Part shown: positions 50,987-64,000 of the stretch, one piece after another
Numbering within the stretch: position 1 is the stretch's first letter
Layout of the letters: every line of letters starts with the position of its first letter
Assembly (NCBI GenBank): GCA_032718475.1
Contig: JAUCBJ010002501.1
Coordinates: forward strand, 12,675 to 76,674
DNA length: 64,000 bases
Direction of reading: 5' to 3'
From: Nemertoderma westbladi
Taxonomy: Eukaryota > Animalia > Xenacoelomorpha
The notes under the pieces: generated by a model
Databases searched by the model: none
What the model saw: only the letters and a program-made list of their open reading frames with translations
Told to the model about the DNA's origin: nothing
Position numbers and translations under genes: made by a program

Positions 50987-52503
50987 GGTGAAGACCTCGT
51001 TTTGGAATTTCGAAACCACGCTGGTGCGATGCGCGATATCGTGTTTAGTTAATAAATTGAAAAATCCATCAATTCATGTGCAACCAGTAATAAGAAATCG
51101 CGATAAATGTAATTAAATAAAAATTATTCTAGAAAAATTTTCCTCAAAAAGTATGAAGTCTTGGCATTGGTGACGCGAAACTAGGCTAGTGAGATTCAGG
51201 ATATTGCGTTTAATATAAAAATCGAAAACGCTATCGAATTCCATAAAGGCGTTAATGAAAATACTGCAACTTTTTTGAAATTTGTAAAATTCTAGAACTG
51301 GAAAAAATTAATTTCTGAACGGCGCTGTTTGGGGTTTAGAAACATGGATAGGCTGAAAGAGGACATCGAATTAAGTTGAAAAATGAAAACCCCATCGAAT
51401 TTGGACAAAGCGTTCCGGAGTTATAGCGGATCGAAAAAAAATTGACCCCCCCCCCCCCCCCCCAGTCGCCAAAAATTTACAGTAATTTAAAATTTTGCAA
51501 AAAAAAATTTTTGCGTTATTTTTGATGGCGAATCGATTGGCAGTACTGGCTACGAAAAATTTTTTTTTGAAATTTTTGGTCAGAAAAAAAAACATGGAAA
51601 AAGTATATTTTTAAAAAGATTTGATGTCTTTGCCTATGGTCAGAGAATGATCCAACTCTGTAACTTGGCAATCGCTCAAATCCATTCAGCTGAATGGCAC
51701 AGTAGAGTAAACTAAAGTAAATTCCCTATACAATGTTCTGAAGGGGTGACTGACAGAGAGTAATCCAACAATAAAACATTTTGCAATAATGTTGGCATTA
51801 ATGTAGCCAACTCACTGTGTACGTAACAGTCATTCAGCTTACATTGGCAGAGTGAGATATTCCCATAGATTGCATTGGGAAGAGTAATTCATCTGAGGCG
51901 ATATTAGATTTCAAACTAAACCAACCAGTTAACAATGTTTGCTTTGACAGAGAGTGGTGGCCTATACAAACAGTATGGGTGTACTGAGTATAATAATCTT
52001 GGCAACCTCATCGATTTATTACTAAGCCTTCTGTAGAAATGCATTACATAAGCCATTTTTCATCACGACACCAGCTGTTATTGGTGTTATTTTACCATTG
52101 CGCCTATGGCGTTTTTTAGTTTATGTCTATTTTTCGAGCCCACGGCTCATGGACGAAATAGCGGAACATACCAGGGACCTTATAATCGCGGTATCTAGAT
52201 GCTGTGAAAATTTCATCAAAATCGTTAGAGTAGTTTTGGCTGTAGATCAGCCAGCCAGTCTCGAGCAATTCTTACAGTAATGAACCTCTCGGTTCCTAAA
52301 AAAGGAAATTTCGGGATAGAACAATGAATGCAGTACATATCATATTGTATAAATTTTTAATAAATTGCATTAAATAGTAAAAGGGAGCTGCAAGGAAGGT
52401 ATGTGGAAATTAATGTCACACAGTGCACAAGTGAAGTAGTTTTCGTTTAGATTAACATATGAGAAATAGAAGTCGCAAGTAATAAGATTGCCCTGACTCC
52501 ATA

Positions 52504-53200
52504 TCAAATGGGAGTTTTTAGGGGATGGGAGTCGAATTGGTCTAACTCGGCTCCCGTTGATACCAGCACTTGTTTGTCATTCTGGAATTTTAAAATAAGC
52601 ACTTTTCCATTTATCGAATAGGTTGCATGGATTGAGCCGTTTCTTTTAAGGGGAAGTTGCTTTTCGTAGTAGGGCCGCACCAGGTGGTCTGTGAAGTACC
52701 GTCGTCCCTTTGGAAGTAGCCCTGATAGCGGGTTGTGGTCCAGTCCGCTACTGTCCAGTATTTGATGGTTTGGAAAGTACTGGTAGACCAATTCGATGGA
52801 TTATATCCACATTTGAGGGAGGAATGTTGATATTTTCGAGGATTTAAAGGGCTTCTCTCTCTGTTTTATCCTCCAGGATGCCATGCAGAACTACATTGTT
52901 TTGGCGAGCATATTGCTCTTGTGAGTCGTTACAAAGAAGTATGATCAATATCTGTTTCTTTAGGTGAATTTATCGCTTATTATTGTAGTAACTTCATCTT
53001 TTAGTGTCTCTATTGATGCCGCGAATGATCCAGCAACGCCAAGTTGAGCTTTCAATGTGGCGAACTCGATGGTGAGTAAGTTCATAGTGGACTGGATTTT
53101 CTGAAAATTCATTAGGATTTCATCATGTTTCGGGCCTGCTTTGGATTTGTGGGAGAGCTGGTTGACCAGGAGTTTGATATTGACATTGTTTATGTGGGTA
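52504..53200 (-). pseudogene. LINE ORF1 (coiled-coil/RRM, Transposase_22-like) remnant
   Basis: The rc of ~52866-52918 includes EQYARQNNVVLHGI, matching the EQYSRRNN motif; downstream YFTDHL and TYSINGKVLI. Confidence 0.6.
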
Positions 53201-53716
53201 AGGATTAACGATTTCAGTCAATACATGGCAGTTCAATTCTCTATGTACCGAATGGATAGTTTATAAAGGGGTGATTCCATCCAAAGACAACAAATCGGTG
53301 TGGCACTATACACCCCAGATTTAAAAAATAATTCTAGCAAATGTTGTAAATTGGTTACGTAATGAGTGTTCAAAATTTGGCGCCAATTGGAGCACAGGAA
53401 AAAAATTTACAGCCACTTTTGTTTTGGTTTTTGTCAAAATTGAACAATATATTATTGGCGTTATTGTTTGTCTACAAATCGGGAAGACGTCAAAAATGTG
53501 TCTTAGGTGTACATGTTTAAAATAAATATAATGTTATGTGTTTTATTGATTAAAATAGTGTGTAAATTGAAATTGTATTGACATTTGACATGTTCATTTC
53601 GTGAAAAATACCAAAATCAATGAAATATCTGATTTGCCGACACGCCGTCTTAAGGGAGTTGTTCATTGTAATTATTAAAGAGTATGGGAACCAGGGGTCT
53701 ATCTATCTCCCTTTAA

Positions 53717-55291
53717 CCCTATTAAACCCGGGGGTGGTCAATATGACCCCCCCCCCCCGTGGTTTTTTTTATTATAATTCTGAAACAAACGCAGTTGGGA
53801 ATCTGAAATTTTATGACTTTTCCTAAAAATTTATTGTCTTCCTAGTAGTGAAAACCGTTTTCAAAAATATTGGGTACTTTTCGAGTTATAGCACCATTTT
53901 TTAACCCTACTTTTGGCACTTTTTTTGAGACGTTTTTTGAAAATTACATTTCATTAAATATGATTTGTAACATCTCTATTTTTTATTTACACCGGTTTTT
54001 TGGTGTTAGAAATTGGATGGAATTCATACAAATTGATTTAGAAATTTCAAACTTGTTTTTTTCAATGGGTGCCAAATTTTGGTGCCAGCACCAAATTTTG
54101 AAATATGTCAATTTTGTAAATTGATTGTTTGAAACTTGTTTTTTTACGCAATTGGGGTTTTTTGGGGTTCTGGATTCGATGAAATATATACGAGTTGCAC
54201 CAAGCGTATCAAACTCGTATTTTTCGGTGCTGTGTGCAAATTTTGGTGCTAGCACGAAATTTTGAAAATCCATTCAATAGATAAAATTTCTTGTGATAAT
54301 TTATTTCTTGCGTTTTAGAGGTTTATGGCTGTTCTGAATTCAATGGAATATATAATTATCGAACTACACATCTCAAACTTGTATTTTTCGGATGTGGGTG
54401 CAAAATGTGGTGCTAGCACCAAATTTTGAAAACCATCAAATATATCAATTGATTGTGTCACCTTGTTTCTTGCGTTATACGGGTTTGTGATGGTTCTGAA
54501 TTCAATGGAATAAGTAAAAATTTCATAAGAGTTCTCAAACTTGTATTTTTCGCCGGTGGGTGAAAATTGTTGTGCCAGCACCAAATTTTGGAAAATGAGT
54601 AAATTGATCAGTAGATAGTATCACCTAGTTTCTTGCGTTATACGGGTTTATGAGGGTCCTGAATCCGATGGAATCAATAAAAACAGCACTGGACATCGCA
54701 AACTTGTACTTTTTGGTGATGGGTACGAAATTTGGTGCTAGCACCGAAATCTGCCAAATTACGCCGAAAAATACAAGTAGCAATGATCTGGCATATTAGA
54801 AATGTATTCCATTAGAATCAGCGCCCTCGAAAACCTGAAAATGTGCATTTATAGCATCGTATAAGTGAATTAAAAAATTTGTGTTCTAACTGAAAAGTGC
54901 TGGTTACTTGTTTTTTCTTTTTTTCTTACGCAGAGAGGACTAAACAGCCATTTATAGTAATCATATCATTTTTAAATATTTTCCAATGTATTTTGCACCC
55001 CAGAAAAACTGTATTGAAAAATAATTAGCCGAAAATGTAACTTTCAAATTTTGTGAAAATTGTGCACTACTTGTAATTTTGGTGCTGCAATATAACCACC
55101 CCAGTACATTTTTTCGAAAATTTTTTTTTCGGTCGGATCCAGACAAGTAATACCTACGTACAAACAAAAAATCAGTCGTTTTTGTAAATATTTGTAGATT
55201 TTAGAGGGGGGGGGGGGGGGGGGTCAATATGACCCCCCCCCCCCCCCCCCCCGGTATTTGTACAACATTTTATAGCCCGGTACTAATAGGG
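53717..55291. mobile_element. piggyBac-like non-autonomous element nested in the left pseudo-LTR
   Basis: TTAA (53713-16)/TCAA (55292-95) flanks, termini CCCTATTA...TAATAGGG and internal ~120-bp repeats. The empty site cttagTTAAagggag is in the right arm. Confidence 0.85.
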
Positions 55292-55315
55292 TCAACTAAG
55301 AAAAATTCACAGTTT

Positions 55316-55354
55316 TACCGATCGATTTCTGCCACTAAGGCCTTCTTCAGGGTA
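55316..55354 (-). ncRNA. Minimal hammerhead ribozyme
   Basis: rc reads UACC CUGAAGA AG GCC-UUAGU-GGC A GAAA UCGA UC GGUA. Confidence 0.78.
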
Positions 55355-56066
55355 GATTATTAAATTATACTAAATCACATCAGACAACATGATTGGAACT
55401 AACTAATGTTGTGTATGGTACAGAGGTAGGCCTACCGGTACCGGTACAGTGTGAAAACACACATAGGTATTACACAGTAGTGTACGCTAAAATAAAGTAA
55501 ACTGCAGTTAATACAATAGGTGGAAAACACATTGATTGAAAGAAATAACTACTGTAGAAAGTTCAATAATGTAATGTAAAGGCACACACTATTGGAAATT
55601 ATGAATTACAGTAACTTATAAAAAATGAACAGCAAAATCTCAAATTTTAAGGCTAATAAGAAATACCGAAACAGGTACAGTTTAAATTCACAATGCAGAA
55701 ACTGAAACGAAATAGTAATCAGTTATTTATAAAAGGAAAACAACTACAGTAAAAGGTTCAAAATGTGAACGCACCATATTAATGGAAATAAATTGAGCAC
55801 AATGGAAGTACAGTAGACAAAACAAGAAAAATTATATATGCAGTTTCAGAAAATGTGAAAAAAGGTGTGAAAAAAATATACAAAAAAATATAAAAAGATT
55901 ACAAATAAATGCGAACTGTTAATGGTTATTTTAGCGTACACTACTGTGTAATACCTATGTGTGTTTTCACACTGTACTGGTACCGGTAGGCCTACCTCTG
56001 TACCATACACAACATTAGTTAGTTTCCAATCATGTGTCTGATGTGATTTAGTATAATTTAATAATC

Positions 56067-56105
56067 TACCCTGAAGAAAGCCTTAGTGGCAGAAATCGAT
56101 CAGTA
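56067..56105 (+). ncRNA. Minimal hammerhead ribozyme (helix I mismatch)
   Basis: UACC CUGAAGA AA GCC-UUAGU-GGC A GAAA UCGA UC AGUA. Confidence 0.68.
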
Positions 56106-57233
56106 AAACTGTGAATTTTTCTTAGTTAAAGGGAGATAGATAGACCCCTGGTTCCCATACATACTCTTTAATAATTAAAGTCAATGAAGGTCTACCTATG
56201 TATTTCGTTCTGAAAACTATGGCGGTTCGTTGGGCAATTATTGGGGATCCATTATTAGTTTTGCTTGTTGGCATATGCATTCTCAGCATGGGACTCCTGT
56301 AGATGCAGTACTTGGTAGATGCTGGCTGGCTAAATACATTACAAGTACTGTACTGTAAGGCTAGGCAATAATGTTCACTCACTGCTGACTAAAGATTGCT
56401 GATGCTTGGTGGTTTCCCACATGGGGTATAGAAACTCGCGCGGCCATGGGTAGGGTCCCCATCTCGCCGCTCCTAAAAAAAAAACGTTACAAAAACCGCT
56501 GCGCGCTGCCGTCAACTCGAAACCTATAACCCCCATCAAAAAAGTTTAATCGTAAAGTTGTAGAGAAAAAAATTCTAAGGGTCTGTTATTTCTCCGACTT
56601 TTGAATTAAGCCTTCATTTTCTAGAACATTCGAATTTTCTAAAAAAGAGACATTTTCAAAAGCATACCATTTTGAAGGCAATTGAGCCATGCGATTTTCT
56701 CCAAACTTTGATAGAAAATTTAAAATAGGTGTAAAAAAAATCGGAGTAAGGAACACCACCGAGCTAAAATTATATTAATGTAATTAAATCTCATTTCCGA
56801 TGTCAGTTTCAATATTTGATGGGATCTAGTCTGTCTGTCGGTCGGTTGTCTGTCTGTCTTAGATTTTGACTGGCAGATCGGCAGACAGATATTCTGAATA
56901 TTGAGAACTAAAATAGATCTCCCTATGCGGTTTTCAGATTTGAAATCACCATTAAATTATACTCCAGATGCACTAAAAAGGATTATGCTTAATCAATGTT
57001 TAATTTTAAACTTAGTGAAATAGTAAAACAAAATATTGCACAATCAGTCTTCTTTTTCGAGCAGCACAGTGTGATAATTCAAAAACAATATCATTAAATC
57101 TCAACAAATGCAATAATAATCATATAGGCTGACCTATCTGTGTATTGGTTATACTACTACTAGGTCGAGCGAACTCGGACAGTGGAAATGAGATCCTTCC
57201 AGGCTTGGTTATATACTGTATATTATCGATAGT

Positions 57234-59690
57234 TCATAGAGTACATGTTATAATGGCAATAAGATCACTGTTATTTTTACAACGTTTGACTTGGTCTTTT
57301 AAGATAGATTGTTCATTAGGATCTAATCTCTCAGTCAATTCGTTTGCAAGTTTTAGTAATTCATCTTTCGTCCAGTTATTTAAATGCAACATCCAGTCTT
57401 CATCAACTTTTGAAACAGGTATTACATTAAACTTTTCTAATTTTGTCTGGTGAGGTTCCCCATGAAGCATTTTTGAAACGACCTTCTTAAACCGATCACT
57501 TCCTATTAGATACAATCTTGAGTAATTTGAAGAAAGTTCGCCAGATAAACCGTGCACAAAATTATCACTGGAGGGTATTGATGGATTTAGCAGTCCACAG
57601 TCAAGCAACTCCTTCCGCCACAATTCTAGGCAGTCATTCATGCTGCGATCGTGTCTGGTTCTTTGGGAAGGACCATTTAAACCCTTAATATTGTTTGTGA
57701 ATTCTTTATTTAATTGTGATAGAGTTTGAACAGATCCATATAATTGTTTCCACTTATCCATGTCACATGGCTGTCCACGTGATAACAATGCCTTAATTTC
57801 CTTATGAAGCCCTTCAAGAAAGTAATCTGCTGCTTCACCAACAACACCAGTTTCAGACCTTGCATAGCTAAGCTCATTGATTAAGAATTCCGAAATCGAT
57901 GGTTTTAGTCGAATTAGTAGAGATATATATATAGTAGGCTGTAATCTTTTGGTACTTTGGATTACTTCTAACAAAAAATAGAGGAGCAAACTTTATATAT
58001 GTTGCAGTTACAAGCAAAGCAGAATTTTGGCGGATGCTGATACGCATCAGTATGACAGAAAATAATTGAGTGAATGTAAGATCGAATAGAACTTTGTATG
58101 TTGAGTTGTCAGATTTTGCAACATAAGCTGTCAAATCAGTCAATATTTCTTCCTCTGATAATGTTGTTTTAATAGTTGATAAATAGGGGTGTAGCAATTC
58201 TCTTGCCAATCCATAGGTTACTATTTCAATAATTTCATAACTCTTATGATGATCAGTTGCTGATTTCATGTACATTAATGAATTTTCCGTTGTACAGTCA
58301 AGACAAGTTGTTGAGAATTTTTCCAAACAGACATCCCATGCCAGAGAACTTATACATTTTATCATTGTGTGTTCTACATGTCCAAATCCCGGTTTAAACA
58401 AAAAGCGACTTGCCCATTCTGGTTGTTCTTGGAGTAGTTCAAGCATAAGTGAAAATGGATTTCCATCCATGACAACAGATATCCATTTTCTATCGTTTCC
58501 AAATGCAATTTCAGTCAAGCTGGAAAGCATCTCCTTCAGAGATTCGTAACTGCATGGATCTTTTGGTAATAGCTGATGCACAGACCAAGATGGCTTAGAT
58601 AGATTGCATTTGTAGAGGTCCTGCATAGTTCCTATTTGTTCAAATATTTTACCCTAAGAATGATCACAAAAAGATGAAGCACCAGTGTAACCTTTCAATT
58701 CCCTCAGTTCTGACAAGACAAAGGCCGCCCTTGCTTGTCGAAAAATACAATCATATTTCTCAAAATATGACTCAACAATCTGTTCGATATCTACATTACT
58801 TAAGTCCAAATATGTTATATATTCGCCTTGCAGTTTAATTGATGGTGTATGTTGAATCGAAATAACAGAGCAAACCTTTGCCACCGTAACCTTGACCGTA
58901 ACCAAACTGATTATTATCAACCACAATTGTCGAATCAGAGTTGTCTACTTTGTCCTTTATAGTGGCAGATGATTTCAACAGATTTAATAATGTAGTGTAA
59001 GTTGGTGCTGCGCTGCTATCTGAACAGACAACTACACCAAATTTCGAATTATCAACTGCATAGCACACCACAGATTCTGTGGCAGAGTAAGTTCCCACAA
59101 AGTGCAAATTTAAAGTAGCAAGTAACAACTCATACACCTTAGTTGCTATTTTTCCATTTCTGAACTTAAAGTCGGTCACGCCACAAAGTCTAAACAATAA
59201 TTCACGAACATATCCAGATGGTATTTGTTGACTATTTAAGTTCCCAATCAGATCATCTAGAGATTGTGCTCGAGGGTATGATGGGAGGTGTTCCTTATGA
59301 AGTTGTTCACGAAATTTATTGATACAGGATTCCATGTTCCAAAGTTGTAAATTGCATGACGATGTATTGGTGCTTGCTTCAGTGAACAATGTTGGAGTAG
59401 GTAAAGGTTTACTTTCAATCTCATCTTCTAATTTGTCTGGTCTCTTGCGGGTGCTGGGCAATGCAATTTTTTTCAAGTAATATGAATGGCAGGCAGTACA
59501 CATATATTTTGCTCTCTTTGGAAACACACCTCTTTCAATCATGTTGTCAATAACTTCTCGTTTGCCTTTTTTTTTTCGACAGGTCCATTATCTCATATGT
59601 GGCGACAGATGCCAATTCACTGGTGTGATCCATAACCCAATCGTGACAAAGTGTTTTACAGCACCTTTTGAAGTTAGCCATTTATTAAAT
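57234..59690 (-). pseudogene. Frameshifted large ORF, probable DUF6589/Academ-like DDE transposase
   Basis: Consecutive same-strand ORFs 58835-59542, 58654-58926, 57874-58626 and 57234-57989, with N-terminal CxxC, VVDNNQ, VVMDGNPF and FKPGFGHVEH. Family assignment is from motif recall only; no TIRs were found. Confidence 0.5.
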
Positions 59691-61241
59691 GTTGAAATAT
59701 ATTTCAATAAAAAAATAATAAAATAGTCTGATCGTTAATAAAAATAAATACAAAATCAAAATTTGTCTGTAAAAATGGACTTGGAAACAAAAATACCAGT
59801 CAGCCAGTATAGAGTGTAATAGTCTGTATGCGCTTAATTGGGTGTTCACATATTTTACTAATCTTAAGCAAAGCTCAATTAGGCATTCGTAAAATCATCT
59901 CGCTTAATTAGACGAATTTTTACTTCGATACACTTTTCTGGAAGAATACACATGCGAATTTTTTATTTACACAAGCCAAAAGATGGTATCCATGGTGATA
60001 CAGCCAGCTGTTTTGTCCAAAGAGTGTGTGTTTTTTAAGTTTAATGCGCGGTTGAGCTCTAAGTTTCCTATGGAGATTACTATAGGCAGCGCTCAATTGG
60101 GCTTAATTAATTTTTAATATAAAAAATAATTAAATTGCGCTTAATTAGGCGAAAGTACCTAACTGTAGTAGGAAACTATCACAATACCGGTACCGGTACC
60201 TAGTAAATAAAATCAATCATGATAATAAATCAGATTAGTAAAACAAAGTAAACATTTAAGAAAGAACCAACTACGACAATTGTATGGCAACAAACTTAAA
60301 GGTACCCTACATAAGTACTGTAACTGCTTAGGCCTATTGAGCAACTACTGCACCTGCAGAGTAGTACCTACCACTCAGCCGGTACCGGTACCAAACACAG
60401 AGTCATAAGCCAAACCGGTACTCTAATTATTTCAGTACCGACAGTCTGACAGTAAAGGCAACTGGCTGACCGGTTTGTACCGGTACCTACAGTATTGCGG
60501 TACCGTAGCGGTAATCAACTATCCGACTTTCAGTATATCAGTTACTGGTATTCAAGTAGCGCTACCAGATTGCCAGAAATACTTTCAGTATTAAAAGTCA
60601 ACTGTACTGTTTGTGCCGCTATAGCTGTATTCACCAGTCATGTTTAGTACCGGTATAAAAACTTTCAGTTTTAAGTCAATTGTTTAGTCAAGCGTTTCCA
60701 ATACCGCGGGTAGGCCTATTAAAACACCCAGTTAAGTCAAACAGCAAACGCTTCTGAACTAAATTAAACTTTAGTATACCTGACTGGCTGAAGGTAAGTT
60801 AATTCTTGGTGAAAATAATGAAAACTACAGTAGCCAGAAAATTAATTATTTATTTGAGTAGTAGTCTTCTAATACCGGTTAGGTATTTTCCTATCTCAAA
60901 GTGAACTAGTTATTCAGTACTGTACACCTTGGCTTAGATGGTAGTGACACGTACCACTGACATATTATTATTGCGGTAGTGGAAAATATGTTTCAATTTA
61001 ATGTCCCACGGCAACCGTCATATAATTTTCATATTTATTCTTTAAATAACTGAATGGTTATAAACAAGTGTAAATACAAGCGTAATGGATTTTAGATTGA
61101 AATCAGAAATAGTAAGCAAGTAAGCAGTTAATGCGTTTAATTATTTTCTAAAGTGACTAAATATTTTGGTATTAAAGTAATACAGTATAACCATTAATTA
61201 CTGCAGTAATTAAAGATTAAATAATTCATTCAGTAGTGAGG

Positions 61242-62421
61242 ATGGATCGAATAAACAATCGGCATCGGGTTTCTATACAAGAAGTGGTACAAGGGTACCA
61301 ATCGAAACTGTATGTTCCTAATCAGACGGTACTTATGGGAGTTATTCTTATGATTGCCCGGGTAGAAAGCCTCCTCCCCTACGTATGTTGGGGCGAATGC
61401 CAGGGTTCGAAGGTGGGGGGGGGGGGGGGTCTGCTCCACCTAAGCAGGCCAAGAAAGAGGGAGCCTTTGACCGGGAGGTAGTGCTTGGAGATCTAGACTC
61501 AGACCTATGTTTTACAATCTTTACCCGCGATTCTAACCATTCTCGCAATCTATTTCTCCATCGCGAGGTAAAACTTGGAGGGGTGGTCCAAATCTGTGAT
61601 CCTATATTTACAGGAGATTACCTGCACCACTCTTTGGATAATCCTATTATAAATACACATTCCCCACTACTTCCTGCTATTGTTCAAAGTCAGTGTCTAT
61701 ACTCTTTGCCTCTAGATATTATGTCCTCCAAGGAAGAAATGGCGTACCACCATTTTCGCCTGGTGGGGAAGAAACTGCGGTTTGACATCCCCAAGATAGT
61801 GGGACCTACCTGCTCCGGATTTCTCTGTGATAGGAGAAGGCAACGATGCAGTGCTGCTGCATCGACAAGGTGTCTACAGAAGGACGGGCATTAGCTGCTG
61901 TGGTGGTTGCTCTAACCAGCGATCATCTGATACCATTCGAGAATGGTGATTTGTGGCAGAGCTTGGGTTTGACAAATTTGTTTTTGTCAAGTCAGGCTTT
62001 GTCACTGCCCCGCTCACGGTTCGATAGCAATAACCTGCGTGAGAACATAACTAAAATGGCGATGGCTATCAATGAGCAAGGGGGTTTCACCATCTCGGGG
62101 TGGTACAAGTGTGGCAAAGCTGCCACAGATGATATTATATTATCTGTGCACGATATGCACATAGCTGCCATATCACCATCCGTTGCCCTCCAGCAGACAA
62201 ACTTGTCGATACAATATTTGCCAGCTGCGCCTTCCTTTACACCTGTTATTGCGGTCCAACCACGAACCGTGATTGTGAGCCCGGCAGATTCTGCCACTGC
62301 CAGAGCCCGTGCTATTGCTGCGGCAACTTCGACTACCACCACCTCTACTACTTCTACTACCACTTCGACTACCACGAGTACTAAATCCGCTACTACTACC
62401 GGCACTTCTGCATCATCCTAG
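61242..62421 (+). pseudogene. Uncharacterised frameshifted ORF with a Cys cluster and Thr/Ser-rich tail
   Basis: Three overlapping ORFs join at the poly-G run (~61415-29) and at ~61845 (CSGFLCDRR...CCC); GC-richer than the flanks. Confidence 0.45.
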
Positions 62422-62879
62422 TCTATTTTCATTCTTTATACAGTAGATAGAATTACCGCGAAATAGGAACATACTGTATTTCTGTATTTCTTTTACGTAC
62501 GATATTGTACAGTATATTTATAGTTACTAAGTAAACATAGGTCAGTTTAGTCTACAATGCCCACCTCCAGGCTATTGTATTGTCTCTCTGGCCTTCATAC
62601 ATCAGGAACTGATACCCCCACCCCCTGCATTCCCGACACAGCAGTAAGTGATTATTACAGTATGGAAAAGTAAAACAATAATTGTGAAATCATAACAAAA
62701 TGTTATTATTTCATATCTAGATGTATTTGATTGTAATCATGTTAAATATTTGTAAACTGATCCGTTTTAATTATTTAAAAATGTATTGTTGCCTGATTGC
62801 GATGGTTGCAGTTAAGGTTGCGGTTTCAACAGAATAATGTAGAACCGCATAAGGATTCTGTTGAAAGGTTCCTGCGTGA

Positions 62880-63200
62880 CATCCAATATGGGTTTCATAG
62901 GTAAAAATACCCTGGAGCCCATTTTTTCACTTCGTCGGATCATTGAAGAATTGTCTACGAGGCATCTAGCCATCAACTTTGTAAAATTCCTTAAGGCCTA
63001 TGATTGTGCCTCCCGTCCACGCATGTTTAACTTCTGGCTTGTGGGGTTTCTGATGATGTAAATGCTGGATTGCTGGAATCAATCACTAACAACATTTATC
63101 TCTACATCAGATGGAGAAAACGACCCAGTTGAAGTATCGTATGTCCATAAAGGTGACACCCGTGCTCCTTTTCTCTTCATTATTGCGCCGGATTATACAG
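62880..63200 (+). pseudogene. Old RTE RT fragment
   Basis: GF...IFSLRRIIEE...INFVKFLKAYD and GDTRAPFLFII. Confidence 0.7.
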
Positions 63201-64000
63201 CAAATTTAAATATGAAGCGAGTTTGAAAGATGTCGTTCGCGGTGAATACATACTAAAATCTAGTTATATTGGTGTTATAAGGGTATAAGCCACGATTCTA
63301 AGTAAAACAAATTCCTTTTTATCATATGGCCATTTCGTGTATTAACACACGTCTTCAGTGATATAAATATATATTAAAATGTTTACATAATTTGCTTATT
63401 AAAATAAGTACGTAAGTAGTAGAAGAAGAATGGTCCTTGACATAGTCCTCCCTAGCTTGTTCTATGGGACTTTGCTCGGAGGACTATTGAAAATGCTCAA
63501 TTTTGACAGATTTTAATGACCATCTGTCACCGTCAGTATTGATTCGCATCGTTGCATCAACCATTCATCGATATTCAACTACGCGTAGCCTAACCTCGCG
63601 ATGCATTCCTAGCCCCAGTTACTCCCTGATAACAAATAATTATTTCTATTTTCTAACAATATTAATATTTCATCTATTAACTTAAATTTTTGTGTGTTTC
63701 ATTTTCACTGTTGATTTATGCATCGGGTGCTAATTATAAATATAATGTATCTATTATACTTTGAAGTATACGAACACGACTATTAATGATAAATAGAATA
63801 TTGTTTCCTTATACGGTGTAACTCAGATTATAGATAGGATAATTTCGCTATTCTGTCCTACCTTCTAAGAAATTGTTATTTATAATAGTTCAGCTGGTGT
63901 ACTGATCGATTAATTTATATTACAGGGTGTCTACGGGTAAAGTGCAACAATTACATTAATTTGTATGTTGAAATAATAAATAATAATTATATTAACTTTA

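Larger units (their letters stand above)
53669..56177. mobile_element. Non-coding PLE-derived element with ~250-bp inverted pseudo-LTRs
   Basis: Left arm 53669-53716 plus 55296-55495 is the rc of right arm 55926-56177. Each arm carries a hammerhead. Confidence 0.75.

Overview
AT-rich, repeat-dominated animal (probably invertebrate) genomic DNA. The only convincing host genes are two tandem copies of an intronless SLC18B1-like MFS transporter. The rest is nested mobile DNA: a full-length BEL/Pao LTR retrotransposon inside a CR1/L2 LINE, RTE fragments, a Neptune-type Penelope-like element (PLE), piggyBac-, IS3EU- and Harbinger-type non-autonomous DNA elements, a decayed DUF6589/Academ-like transposase and several satellites. 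Two large rearrangements organise the window: an inverted duplication (1-2536 vs 17928-22590) and a tandem duplication (22693-35634 vs 39038-49277) with the PLE exactly at its junction. Main observations: (1) a 368-bp tandem retrozyme-like element whose hammerhead ribozyme lies between the A and B boxes of a tRNA-like Pol III promoter; (2) six hammerhead motifs from three different families; (3) a BEL/Pao element with TAT...ATA termini and no tRNA primer-binding site, whose PBS position is complementary to its own LTR, as in Tf1-type self-priming; (4) an apparent PLE-associated >10 kb duplication of the transporter gene. All calls were made by eye, with no database searches or folding software.
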